A stretch of 64,000 nt of DNA, from the IMG/VR virus record IMGVR_UViG_3300037455_000372, positions 139,710 to 203,709 of that record; one strand, given 5' to 3'. This stretch comes from a virus (Duplodnaviria; Heunggongvirae; Uroviricota; Caudoviricetes). Below the pieces are notes generated by a model. It made no database searches and was not told the DNA's origin. It saw only the letters and a list, made by a program, of their open reading frames with translations. A program made the translations under genes and the position numbers. This document shows positions 1 to 9,406 of the stretch, piece by piece (within the stretch, counting starts at the first letter, position 1; each line of letters begins with the position of its first letter).

Positions 1-249
1 CAAATGAATCTTGAACACGCTTTCCATAGAATAGGCATAGCAGTTCGGATCGTCTGGACGATAAATGCAATAAAGAGCAGCTTCACTAGCGTCGTCAGCC
101 GGTACTGTCATACCAGTACCTTGCAACTGTTCGGAGCTGTAAACCGACGGAACGCAAGTATCAACTCGCTTCAAACCGATGGACGACACCGGAGTTCCGA
201 AGTCGCCATCCTTGCCAGTATATTTCTTGATAATTACGCCAGCTGACAT
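1..249 (-). CDS. hypothetical putative late/virion protein, 3' end runs off the window
   Basis: ATG at 249 on the minus strand, open for 83 codons to position 1 (MSAGVIIKKYTGKDGDFGTPV...); TATAAACT motif at 278-285. Confidence 0.75.
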   Translation of the reverse strand, partial: MSAGVIIKKYTGKDGDFGTPVSSIGLKRVDTCVPSVYSSEQLQGTGMTVPADDASEAALYCIYRPDDPNCYAYSMESVFKIHL

Positions 250-298
250 AAAACCCTGCGAAGTGTACTTTCCTCGCAGTTTATATAATTTTCAATAT

Positions 299-3200
299 CT
301 AGCGTTTCAGCAAATCGTTCGCCGAGGTCATCCTACCCTTGGTAATCAGCTTGTAGAGCTGTTCCGTAGTCAAGGCGTTCGCACGAGCGTTAACCTGTAC
401 GTGCTCCTTCGTGAGGGAAGCCCTGCGGATGCCAGCCAACTGGGCGTTAGACACAACCTTTTCGTAGATTGACTCTTCGCCGTCGGCATCTTCCTCGTTT
501 GCGCCAGCACCCTTGATGGTTCCGTCGGTCGTAGACTTCGACGCGTTATCGTTGATGTCCTTCTGACGATAAATGTTGCGGAGCTTGTCGAAATCGATAA
601 GGTCTTGTCCAGCGATTATACCAAACTCGTTCTCAAGCATCGGCTCCATATTGGCGTTCGAACCGTCCTTGAAATGGTCGTACATCAGATTTCCGCCAAA
701 ATTATCGAACATTTCACGAATCTTGTCAAACTCGTTCTTGATCTGGGTGGCAATCAAAGAGTGTATCAGACGGGCGTCGCCTCGTTCCACATTTCCATCG
801 TTGTCAAAGCCTTCGATGAAGCTTTCGTCGCTGACGGTTTCGACCTTGTAGCCCATAGCCACCAGCTCGTCCTCAGTATAGAACACACCCTTGACCCACA
901 TTCCACGCTTCATATTCTGGACATTCGCCAGCTTTTCGCCGAAGAAGTGACCCTTCGAGTTCGGATTATAGTCGGGTACCAAGTCGGTCGTCTTGATATG
1001 GATCTTGCCGTCCTTAACCGAAATCCACGCGCCGCCGTCACCGACGGACTCGATATAAATCTTGGCATCCGCGTACAAGCTTCCTAGGTAATCCTGAACC
1101 ATAGCGACGTAATCTTCGGAGAACTTGGAGTCCACCGTGTTACGATACTTTTCTACATACTCACCAGCGATAAGAGCCTTGGCCGCCGAAAGGCTACCAA
1201 TCATACCATAGTACATAATGAGCTGCTTGTACGACTTATCATTCAAAGCCTTCCACTCGGTCATACTTGCGCGGTCAGTCTTTGCCGTACCGTTCGCACC
1301 TTGCTTGGCATTGACCAAGTTTACGAATTCAAGAATGTTCTGCAAAACCAGCTCGTTAGGAACCTTGTAATTTCGGATGTTGGCAGGGCTTACATAATGG
1401 TGGCCGTTGATGATAATCGCGTTCGTATATACAGACCCCTTACGGAGAACATACGGAACCTTACTTACCGGCGGCTTGTTATAGACATAGCCAGCCGCAT
1501 CCACGTCGACGAAACCAAGAGACATAACAGGGTCTTCTTGATTAAACATCGCGTCACGGAATTTAGGCGCATCCTTGTGGTTGACACCTATCGGCAAAAA
1601 TTCCCAGTCAAAAATGTTCGCGCCCATCTTGAGGCGTCCACACCAGACAACATTCAACGGCTTACCAAATGCACCGTTCGCACAAGCAATCGTAAAGCCT
1701 TCGGCGATATCGATCAGTTTCTTCATATCGTCGCTGCCGTCCTCGATTGCCAAACCGGTGACCGGGTCGTTAATCAAAATCTTGATAGCAAGACCGTAGT
1801 TATGCCAAGACAAGAACGTACTCTCGTTGCTTCCGGTACACATCAATGCTTGGTCGTCGATAGAACGCATCGTGTCCACCACCTCAACTTGCTGTGCGCC
1901 ATAGGCGTTACGGAGAATGCCCAACAAGATGGAAGCCGCGTCATAGATACCGAGCTGTGCTCTCAAGTCTCCAATACGTTTCGAACTCGGCTTAAAGATT
2001 CTCCAGCCATCCTTCTTGTCATCGCCAGCCGGGACTTCACGAGTTATGCTTGCATACTTGCTCTGGTCAAATGCACCATAGTTTTCAAATGCCCATCGAC
2101 GGATTTCGCTATCGTACGGCAAGTACGGCATCTTATACTCAATACGGACCGGAGTAAGTTCATCGGACTTGTTTGTCGGGTCAAGCGGCATATACGCGCC
2201 GTACACAAATACGGTAGCACCTTCCGCCAGATTTCCGTCAGATATCTTGAACTCGCGAGAAGATTTAGAAACCTCCACGGTCACGCGGACACCTTCGGCG
2301 TTCGTCAATGCAAAGTCGACTGACTTGAACTTTGTAACAGTCTGCGGCTGCAGCTGGTCGCTATCGGTTCCTTCAATATCCTTTTCGAACACGAACTCGC
2401 CATTCTTAATGGTTGCGTTCTTGTTAATCAACACGAACTGCTGCGGCTCGTTAGAGTTCTGTGGATAAGATTCATACACGTCGTTGTCGACAAAAGCCAC
2501 TTCGACCCATCGGACACCGATAGAACGCTTAACCATCTTGTGACGAGTGCGGAAGAATCTACGGTAGCGAACGCGAACCTTCTTGTACATCAGCACCGGA
2601 ATCATAAATCGAGCTGGCATATACAAGTACGGACACGGCAAGTCGTTACGGTCGCCTACATAGGAACGGTTTTCGAAAACCGACTCGCCGGTATACGCTT
2701 GATACCAACGAATCTTGTTAATCGTGTCCATCAGCTCGGCATAGTCTTCCTTTGCCTCACGAATACGGAGTTTCTGAAGCAGCAAGAACGCCGGGCCGAA
2801 GAACATTCCCTGTACGCTCAAAATCGTGTCGATTTCGTCGATTGCATCACCCATCACATTGACAGCGAAATCAATGCAACCGTCAATATCGGAGTTCGGT
2901 ATATCACCCACGTTATCGTAGGTTTCATACGCCGGTACGAAATCGGATTGCGAAACCACGTCGCCAGAAATGGAACATTCATCCCACTGAACAACAGGGA
3001 TTTCGACATCGTCTGACAAGTTACCGGGGAACACCATCGTCACGTTGCCAACTTGTTTGTTCTTGATGGCAGCGTTCAAACAAGATATATTCCATTCGCA
3101 AAAATCAACAAACTGTTTTGCAGAACCACCATACTGCGCGGACGTTGCGCCATATTCAGCTGCCAGCACGTTCGTATCTTGAATAGACGAGCTACTTTCG

Positions 3201-5026
3201 CCGGTAGCAAAAGTCGGGTTCACTGGCTTCGTCACGGTCACGGTACCCGCGTCACCGACCGCTGTAATGTCAACATAGAAGCCGACGGTACCTTCGTAAT
3301 CACCGTACCACCATTTGGAATACATATGATCACCTTCGGACAAAGACTCACCGTCTTCACCATTCTTCTTGTTAATCATAGCGGTGAAGTAATCGCACAG
3401 CTCCTTCTTCATATCGCCCCAAGTCATCATCTTGTACTGAATCGGCTTGTCGGCATATGCGGCGGCGGTCGCTTGATTCTTCGTGTTCGAGTAGTAAAGC
3501 CACGGATATGCGGAGTTCCACGAACCACCCACATACTGCGGATTCCAAATGTCTACGGTATACTGATACGGATTCGTGAAATAGTTCGCCTGATGCACAT
3601 CCATAATGTTTCCACCGTAGTTAGCGATAGCGCGGAAATGTGCATTTTCAGAACCACTTGCGGACGGATATGCGATAATACTGCCGGACTTTTCCATCAA
3701 GGCAAGCATATTCGCACAAGAAGCCAAGTCCACATAGTACGTAACAGGAGTACCCGGAGCAACGGTTTTCATCAACCGAGAACTTTCGCGGCGCAGCTTA
3801 CGCTTCAATGAAGACGACATAAATTTCTGAACACCGCGAATAGACATAATGCTATTGTAGGTGTCAAAATAACGGTCGTTAAATTCGTCAGCCAGTTCAT
3901 CGGCGTGGTAGAAATACTTCTTGAACGCGTCAGCTACGTTCGGAATCAAGGCGGTAGCGTTCTGAATGGTGTTGGACGTGCCTTCCGAACTATTAACGGT
4001 TTCGGTTCCCTTCATATTCGGAAGCGGACTGTCGTCTCCCTTCGAATTGCATTTGTTCACGAACACGCCCATTCGCGTGTAATACTCGTCCCACTTTGCG
4101 CGACGGTTAAAATCTGGGTCATACGTCCAGTCTCCTGGATCGGTAACCTTTCCCTCACGGTTACGGACTGGTTCGGCAAGAGCGTCGTCATAATAGGTCA
4201 CTTTCAGACCCATATTGTTCTGCTCAAGAATCTTGGACATATCATTGAGGCGGCGACGGAACGTGTCGTAGCCCATCACCACTCCGCGCTTCAAAGTCTG
4301 CGACTGGTTGGCACGACGGTTATACCACTTCCATCCAAGATAACGAGACCCATAGAAACCAAGACCGCCAAGCGCACGGTTCACCCAAGTCTCGGCAAAG
4401 TGCAAGTCCCACGGGTTCTGGTTCGTGTTATAGAAATTGGCGTCCAGCGGATTCATCATCAAGCCGCCAGTTACCGGAGTAGACACCGCCTTGGACATAT
4501 TCGCCAAGTTCTGCAGACGTACACGAGGAACTACAGCGACCGTGATGTCGTTGACTTGCATACGAACGCCGTTCTGGTTAATGTACAAGGCATCGATGAT
4601 AGCCACCTTGTCTTGTTCATCCTTTACTTCGTATGCCGCCTTGCCGGTGATAAGATAAATGTTACCCATCGGTGCGCTGGTTTCCGGTATCTGAGCCATA
4701 TTGGCGGAAAGCAACACGTCAATCGGGCAGCATTCCGAAATAGTCAAGTTACGAGAAACCGTTTCGCCAGACAGGTGGTACACGATAAAGATGGAAGCGT
4801 TTACATCGATAAGCGCACTGGAACTGTTGTAACCAATGCCGCTGATCTTGTACATCACGTTATTGGTCACATACTCGTTCATACCGACATCGTCGGCTGT
4901 CCCATCCTCGTTCGCAGATTCGGAACTGGCTGTGCTCTTCAAGTCAATACCGCTCAGATCGAGATGAATCTCGGTCTTAACCGTCTTTTCGGTGTAAAAC
5001 TTTTCGAAATCAAACAAGCCAGCCAT
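299..5026 (-). CDS. large putative virion protein (1575 aa) containing a peptidase M15-like domain
   Basis: Long ORF with late motif at 5052-5059; RSIDDQ...SWHNYGLAIK...VWCG resembles the M15 peptidoglycan peptidase signature (RSxxxQ, SxHxxGxAxD, WGG). Confidence 0.7.
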   Translation of the reverse strand: MAGLFDFEKFYTEKTVKTEIHLDLSGIDLKSTASSESANEDGTADDVGMNEYVTNNVMYKISGIGYNSSSALIDVNASIFIVYHLSGETVSRNLTISECCPIDVLLSANMAQIPETSAPMGNIYLITGKAAYEVKDEQDKVAIIDALYINQNGVRMQVNDITVAVVPRVRLQNLANMSKAVSTPVTGGLMMNPLDANFYNTNQNPWDLHFAETWVNRALGGLGFYGSRYLGWKWYNRRANQSQTLKRGVVMGYDTFRRRLNDMSKILEQNNMGLKVTYYDDALAEPVRNREGKVTDPGDWTYDPDFNRRAKWDEYYTRMGVFVNKCNSKGDDSPLPNMKGTETVNSSEGTSNTIQNATALIPNVADAFKKYFYHADELADEFNDRYFDTYNSIMSIRGVQKFMSSSLKRKLRRESSRLMKTVAPGTPVTYYVDLASCANMLALMEKSGSIIAYPSASGSENAHFRAIANYGGNIMDVHQANYFTNPYQYTVDIWNPQYVGGSWNSAYPWLYYSNTKNQATAAAYADKPIQYKMMTWGDMKKELCDYFTAMINKKNGEDGESLSEGDHMYSKWWYGDYEGTVGFYVDITAVGDAGTVTVTKPVNPTFATGESSSSIQDTNVLAAEYGATSAQYGGSAKQFVDFCEWNISCLNAAIKNKQVGNVTMVFPGNLSDDVEIPVVQWDECSISGDVVSQSDFVPAYETYDNVGDIPNSDIDGCIDFAVNVMGDAIDEIDTILSVQGMFFGPAFLLLQKLRIREAKEDYAELMDTINKIRWYQAYTGESVFENRSYVGDRNDLPCPYLYMPARFMIPVLMYKKVRVRYRRFFRTRHKMVKRSIGVRWVEVAFVDNDVYESYPQNSNEPQQFVLINKNATIKNGEFVFEKDIEGTDSDQLQPQTVTKFKSVDFALTNAEGVRVTVEVSKSSREFKISDGNLAEGATVFVYGAYMPLDPTNKSDELTPVRIEYKMPYLPYDSEIRRWAFENYGAFDQSKYASITREVPAGDDKKDGWRIFKPSSKRIGDLRAQLGIYDAASILLGILRNAYGAQQVEVVDTMRSIDDQALMCTGSNESTFLSWHNYGLAIKILINDPVTGLAIEDGSDDMKKLIDIAEGFTIACANGAFGKPLNVVWCGRLKMGANIFDWEFLPIGVNHKDAPKFRDAMFNQEDPVMSLGFVDVDAAGYVYNKPPVSKVPYVLRKGSVYTNAIIINGHHYVSPANIRNYKVPNELVLQNILEFVNLVNAKQGANGTAKTDRASMTEWKALNDKSYKQLIMYYGMIGSLSAAKALIAGEYVEKYRNTVDSKFSEDYVAMVQDYLGSLYADAKIYIESVGDGGAWISVKDGKIHIKTTDLVPDYNPNSKGHFFGEKLANVQNMKRGMWVKGVFYTEDELVAMGYKVETVSDESFIEGFDNDGNVERGDARLIHSLIATQIKNEFDKIREMFDNFGGNLMYDHFKDGSNANMEPMLENEFGIIAGQDLIDFDKLRNIYRQKDINDNASKSTTDGTIKGAGANEEDADGEESIYEKVVSNAQLAGIRRASLTKEHVQVNARANALTTEQLYKLITKGRMTSANDLLKR

Positions 5027-5071
5027 CTATGTACCGATTTAAACTACTCGCAGTTTATATGATTTTGGCGG

Positions 5072-7339
5072 CTACACCTTCTGGTGCATCGGCAAAATAT
5101 CGCCTAAACGCGAGTAGATTCCGTTGTAGTTCACTTCGAGGTGATAGTCGAACTTGTCGGCCACGGTCTTACCACGGTGAGTGATAACCATAGCGCAACC
5201 GATGTCGGCCATCATCAACTTTGCGAGGTCGAGCATTTCGCGCATAGCGGTATCGTCGGTCGAAATGTCAAGCACTTCGTCAAGGGACAGGAAGTTGACA
5301 TTGAAGTTGCCGACCATAGACACGAAGTCACGGAACGCCATAGACACGGCAAAGCCCAGTCTGCGCTTCTGACCTTGGGACAACATCGTGTAGTTCGGCG
5401 AAAGACCCGGAAGTGTCTGGAACGTGTAATCCATCGCATCGCCGAACGTGACGATGAACGGAAGACCAGCCTTCGCGAGGTTACGAGCCACAATCTTGTT
5501 GAATTCCGGTACGAACATACCGAACACCATTTTCTTCATACCGTCGTCGGCACAAATCTTGGTAATCGTGTCGCACAAGGCCATCGTATCGGAATTGTCC
5601 GCACGACGCTTCTTTGCATCGACAAGCATCGCTTGGTTCTTCTTGATCTTCTGTTCCATTACGGCCACGGCATTATCGTCAGCCGACTCGGCCTTCTCGA
5701 TATCGGCCTTCAGCTTGTCAGCGGAAGACTGCATCTGGCGAATGGCCTCATCCAAAGTAGAATACTCGCCGACAGCATCATTCAGCTTGTCGGTCGCAGC
5801 GGAATACTCTTCGCGAATCTTCGGGAATGTCGCCTTCTTGGCCTTTGCTTCATCGAGTTCCTTTTTCAAGGAGTCAACATCCAGACCTTCAAGCATTTCC
5901 TCATACTTCGATATATTCAGCAAGGCCGCATTGAACGCGGAACGCGCCGGACGGAACACTTCCATATCAAGCTGTGAAATACGGCTTACCTCGGCGTCAA
6001 GGTTTTCAATTTCCACACGAACCTTTTCGGCTTCATCCTTTGCGGTGTTAGCCTTTGCTTGGAGTTCGTCACGTTCCTTTGTCAGCGTAGTAACCTTCTT
6101 GCTCAGTTCCTTCCACTTTTCACGGAGCGCGGACTTGTGGGTATTGACTTCTTCCTCGGTGGCAACGTGGCCGCAAGTCGGACACGGCTTACCAACGACA
6201 AAGGACTTGCCTTCGTCAACGATACGGTCGAGATCCTTCTTCGTGAACTTGATAGTCATATCCTTTTCGGAGCACTCACTGGACAACGAATTGAAATCGG
6301 CCATATGCTTGGTATGGTCGGCCTCCAGCATTGAGCGTTTGCCAGTCAAGGACTGACGCTTCGCGAATTCCGGGTCGAGCTGTTTGGAAATCTCGGCGAA
6401 CTTTTCCTTCTTCTCGTCGGCATCGGCACGAGCAGATTCGAGCAGAGGGAAAGCGGAAATCTTCTTGTTGATGTCTTCAATCGTAGAATCAACCGTGATT
6501 TCGGCGGCCAAGGAATTCTTCAGTTCCTTGGCGGTCTGTCGTAACTTGTTTACCTCGGCCTCCTTATCGGATAGCGAAGTCTTCTTTTCCGAGATCTGCG
6601 AAAGAAGCGCGGTATAGTCGGTTTTCATCTGGGCAAGGTTAGCAGCTTGCTCGCTTTTCATTCGCTTATGGATTTCGACCAGTTCCGCGATTTCGGAGGA
6701 AATCTGCGCAATGTCAGATTCAGCAATCGAAAAGGCCAGCTTCGCGTCGGAAGCCTTCTTGCCGTTCGCCTTCTTCCACTTGTCCAACGATAGTGAAATG
6801 ATGGACTCAAGAAGTTCGCGCTTCTTCGCTGCAGGGAGCATAAAGAACGGCTGGGTTTCTTGGGTGTTCATAGCAATTACGTTCTTGAACAGAACGTCGT
6901 TGAACTGGAGAACATTTTCCTCGAAATCCTTCTGCGTATAGCCAGCTCGCTTGTTCTGTGCGACCCAAGAGTCACCTTCAAGCTTTTCGAGCAAGAACTT
7001 CATAGTGGACTTGGCACCAGAAATAGTTCTGGTCACGCGGTAGCTCTCGGTAGGAGACGGCGGATTCTCGATATCAAACAAGAGTTCGACAACCGTCGGC
7101 GGACCTTCCTCCGGGCGATTCACGTTAAAATTCTTCGAGTTACGCAAATCGGCCATCGTACCGCCACGGTAGGACTTACCCAGCAAGGCAAACGTCATCG
7201 CCTCGACTATGGTGGACTTACCAAACCCGTTGTCTCCGTGAACCCAAGTAAGACCGTCGTTGAACGTAAACTTGTTCAGCGTCGCGCCATAACTCATAAA
7301 GTTTCGGAAGGTCACTTCCTTAAAAATCAGCTTGTGCAT
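5072..7339 (-). CDS. gp46: SbcC/Rad50-like recombination ATPase (T4 gp46-like)
   Basis: FRNFMSYG start, Walker A GDNGFGKS, Q-loop, coiled coil with CPTC zinc hook, signature LSQGQK, Walker B LDEV, ITH. Confidence 0.95.
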   Translation of the reverse strand: MHKLIFKEVTFRNFMSYGATLNKFTFNDGLTWVHGDNGFGKSTIVEAMTFALLGKSYRGGTMADLRNSKNFNVNRPEEGPPTVVELLFDIENPPSPTESYRVTRTISGAKSTMKFLLEKLEGDSWVAQNKRAGYTQKDFEENVLQFNDVLFKNVIAMNTQETQPFFMLPAAKKRELLESIISLSLDKWKKANGKKASDAKLAFSIAESDIAQISSEIAELVEIHKRMKSEQAANLAQMKTDYTALLSQISEKKTSLSDKEAEVNKLRQTAKELKNSLAAEITVDSTIEDINKKISAFPLLESARADADEKKEKFAEISKQLDPEFAKRQSLTGKRSMLEADHTKHMADFNSLSSECSEKDMTIKFTKKDLDRIVDEGKSFVVGKPCPTCGHVATEEEVNTHKSALREKWKELSKKVTTLTKERDELQAKANTAKDEAEKVRVEIENLDAEVSRISQLDMEVFRPARSAFNAALLNISKYEEMLEGLDVDSLKKELDEAKAKKATFPKIREEYSAATDKLNDAVGEYSTLDEAIRQMQSSADKLKADIEKAESADDNAVAVMEQKIKKNQAMLVDAKKRRADNSDTMALCDTITKICADDGMKKMVFGMFVPEFNKIVARNLAKAGLPFIVTFGDAMDYTFQTLPGLSPNYTMLSQGQKRRLGFAVSMAFRDFVSMVGNFNVNFLSLDEVLDISTDDTAMREMLDLAKLMMADIGCAMVITHRGKTVADKFDYHLEVNYNGIYSRLGDILPMHQKV

Positions 7340-7402
7340 ATCAAATTCCTATAGAAACACCACCAATCTAGTCAATTGGTGGTTGAATTGCAAGTTGATT
7401 GG

Positions 7403-7681
7403 TTATTTTGGTTTAAACTGGTTAATCCTTTCCCAACCGTCCTTCTGTTTAAGCATTTTCCAGCAGAAAACGCCAAACATCGGGTCCTTTATACGCTGCA
7501 GAGTCCACCAGTTGTACTCTTTATCCAGTTCCTTGGGGTCCTTGACGGCAAACCTCACGAACTTTCCGGAGTCGTCTTCGAGCCACGGAATTACCCCGTA
7601 CTTACCGTCTTTCTTGCGGTATACGCCGCAAGTCACAGTGTAGGGGATTTCCAGAACGTCGGTCGTTACTTCGTTAGCCAT
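7403..7681 (-). CDS. hypothetical protein
   Basis: ORF co-oriented in the uvsW-rnh-GT-gp46 run; ATG at 7681 (MANEVTT) follows the upstream stop. Confidence 0.65.
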   Translation of the reverse strand: MANEVTTDVLEIPYTVTCGVYRKKDGKYGVIPWLEDDSGKFVRFAVKDPKELDKEYNWWTLQRIKDPMFGVFCWKMLKQKDGWERINQFKPK

Positions 7682-7688
7682 AACCAAC

Positions 7689-9395
7689 CTACTTGTTGAC
7701 AAATGCGCTCAAGTCGACATTATCGAGCAGATTGGTGCTTTCCTCGCCAACTTCACCATCAAGCACGGCGTCTAATTCCGCGTCAGTCGGTGCTGGAGAT
7801 TCTTCCACCTTGGTCACCTTGACATCGATAACCGCTCCGTTTACTTCTGGAGACGGAAGCGGTGTCTCGGTCGCAGTGCATTCCTTTACAAGGTCACGCA
7901 GCTCGGCCTTTTCTTCAGGAGATACTGCGGATTCGACGGCAGCCTTCTGTGCTGCTTCCTTCTCCGCTTTCTTCTTTTCGCGGTACTTCTTGCGAGACTC
8001 GCGAGCCTTGACGCGTTTGGCTTCTTCCTTATCGGCAACGACTTGCTGTTCTTCGGCAGTCTGCTTCTCCACGGTCACTTGATCGTCATAAGAAGCGGCA
8101 AGCGCGGTAATGTCGTCATTAGCGACATATTCCTTCGTCTTGGTTTCCTCGGCGACCATATCCGGCGTGGGTACTTCCGGGGCAAGGTCTTCGATAGTGA
8201 TGTTTGCGTCTGCGTCGTAGGCATCGATATCCAAGACCTTCAAGCAACGCTTCATATTCTCAAGCGCATAGCCGCCGACACCGAGTGCGGACATCAAGCT
8301 CGCGTTGGTATGGCCACCTTCTTTGAGCATATCGTGCAGCTTGCGGTATTCCGGAGCCGACTCGATAATCATACGGCGTTCACGGTTATAAATACGCTCG
8401 ATGGTCTTGCGATGTTCCGGAGTGTCCTGATAGGCCGAGTTGCAGACATACTTAACCATTTCATCAAAAGTTCGACCGTTGAGGATGGCGGAATCGAAAC
8501 GAGCCAGCGGAACCGGAATCTCGTTTTCCGCGATTTCTTCCGGAGTAAGCTCGCGCTTCTCGTTGGCGGCTTCGACAACCGGAGCGTCCTTGGCGAACAG
8601 TTCCTCAGTATTGGCGTTCATCGGAATATGGAGGAGAATTTCACGAGCCTTCTGCATCGATGGGTCATAAACGGTATAACCTACAGGTTTCGTACCCGGC
8701 TTACGATCCATCTCCACGCCGGACTTCAACGCGTACTTGTAGACACGGAGCGGATATGCAGTAGGCTCGAAGGTATCACTCAAAAGGTACGAATTGAACT
8801 TCGCATCATTCTGAATAACACCGCGAGTGTCCGTCCAGTTAGGTGCCGTCGGATGAATCGGGTCACGGAGCGGTCTGAACTGGTTATTTGGAACGTGGAA
8901 CAAAGTCACCGCCGTATTGGGCGTGTTCTCATTCGGCGATACCTTTCCTTGCGGATTCGGACGGCAATGCTGGAAACAGTCGATAAGCGTACCGACACGG
9001 CTTACCATCGGATGTTCCGAAGACAGATACTTCACGTAAATGGAAATCGCCTCGCAGCGAACCATCGACATATACTGCTTGAAGCTACGGAACTTCTGGA
9101 AGTCGAGCCACAAGAACTCGTCATCATCAAGGCAAACCGCCCAGCACGGACCGGTACGGCGAGATACGTACGAACTAATCATACGGCTCTTGAACTTCCA
9201 GTCGTCGTTACGCGGAACCATCGTGACGTGCTCGCGATACTTTTCGCAAACTCCGTCAAGCCAACCGCGATGACCGGTATCAAACACAAAGATGCAGTCG
9301 AAACCCATAGCGATATGGTATTCCAACCATTCGACAAAATCTTGCTGGTTGTCCGTAGACACCCTGACAAGGCAATTAACAAGAAGATTTTCCAT
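7689..9395 (-). CDS. glycosyltransferase (GT-A fold, Glyco_tranf_2_4/GT92-like) with a possible HTH and a charged C-terminal tail
   Basis: EWLEYHIAMGFDCIFVFD and WAVCLDDDEFL (DxD) motifs; GGHTNASLMSALGVGGYALENMK looks HTH-like. Confidence 0.8.
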   Translation of the reverse strand: MENLLVNCLVRVSTDNQQDFVEWLEYHIAMGFDCIFVFDTGHRGWLDGVCEKYREHVTMVPRNDDWKFKSRMISSYVSRRTGPCWAVCLDDDEFLWLDFQKFRSFKQYMSMVRCEAISIYVKYLSSEHPMVSRVGTLIDCFQHCRPNPQGKVSPNENTPNTAVTLFHVPNNQFRPLRDPIHPTAPNWTDTRGVIQNDAKFNSYLLSDTFEPTAYPLRVYKYALKSGVEMDRKPGTKPVGYTVYDPSMQKAREILLHIPMNANTEELFAKDAPVVEAANEKRELTPEEIAENEIPVPLARFDSAILNGRTFDEMVKYVCNSAYQDTPEHRKTIERIYNRERRMIIESAPEYRKLHDMLKEGGHTNASLMSALGVGGYALENMKRCLKVLDIDAYDADANITIEDLAPEVPTPDMVAEETKTKEYVANDDITALAASYDDQVTVEKQTAEEQQVVADKEEAKRVKARESRKKYREKKKAEKEAAQKAAVESAVSPEEKAELRDLVKECTATETPLPSPEVNGAVIDVKVTKVEESPAPTDAELDAVLDGEVGEESTNLLDNVDLSAFVNK

Positions 9396-9406
9396 TTTTC
9401 AACTCC

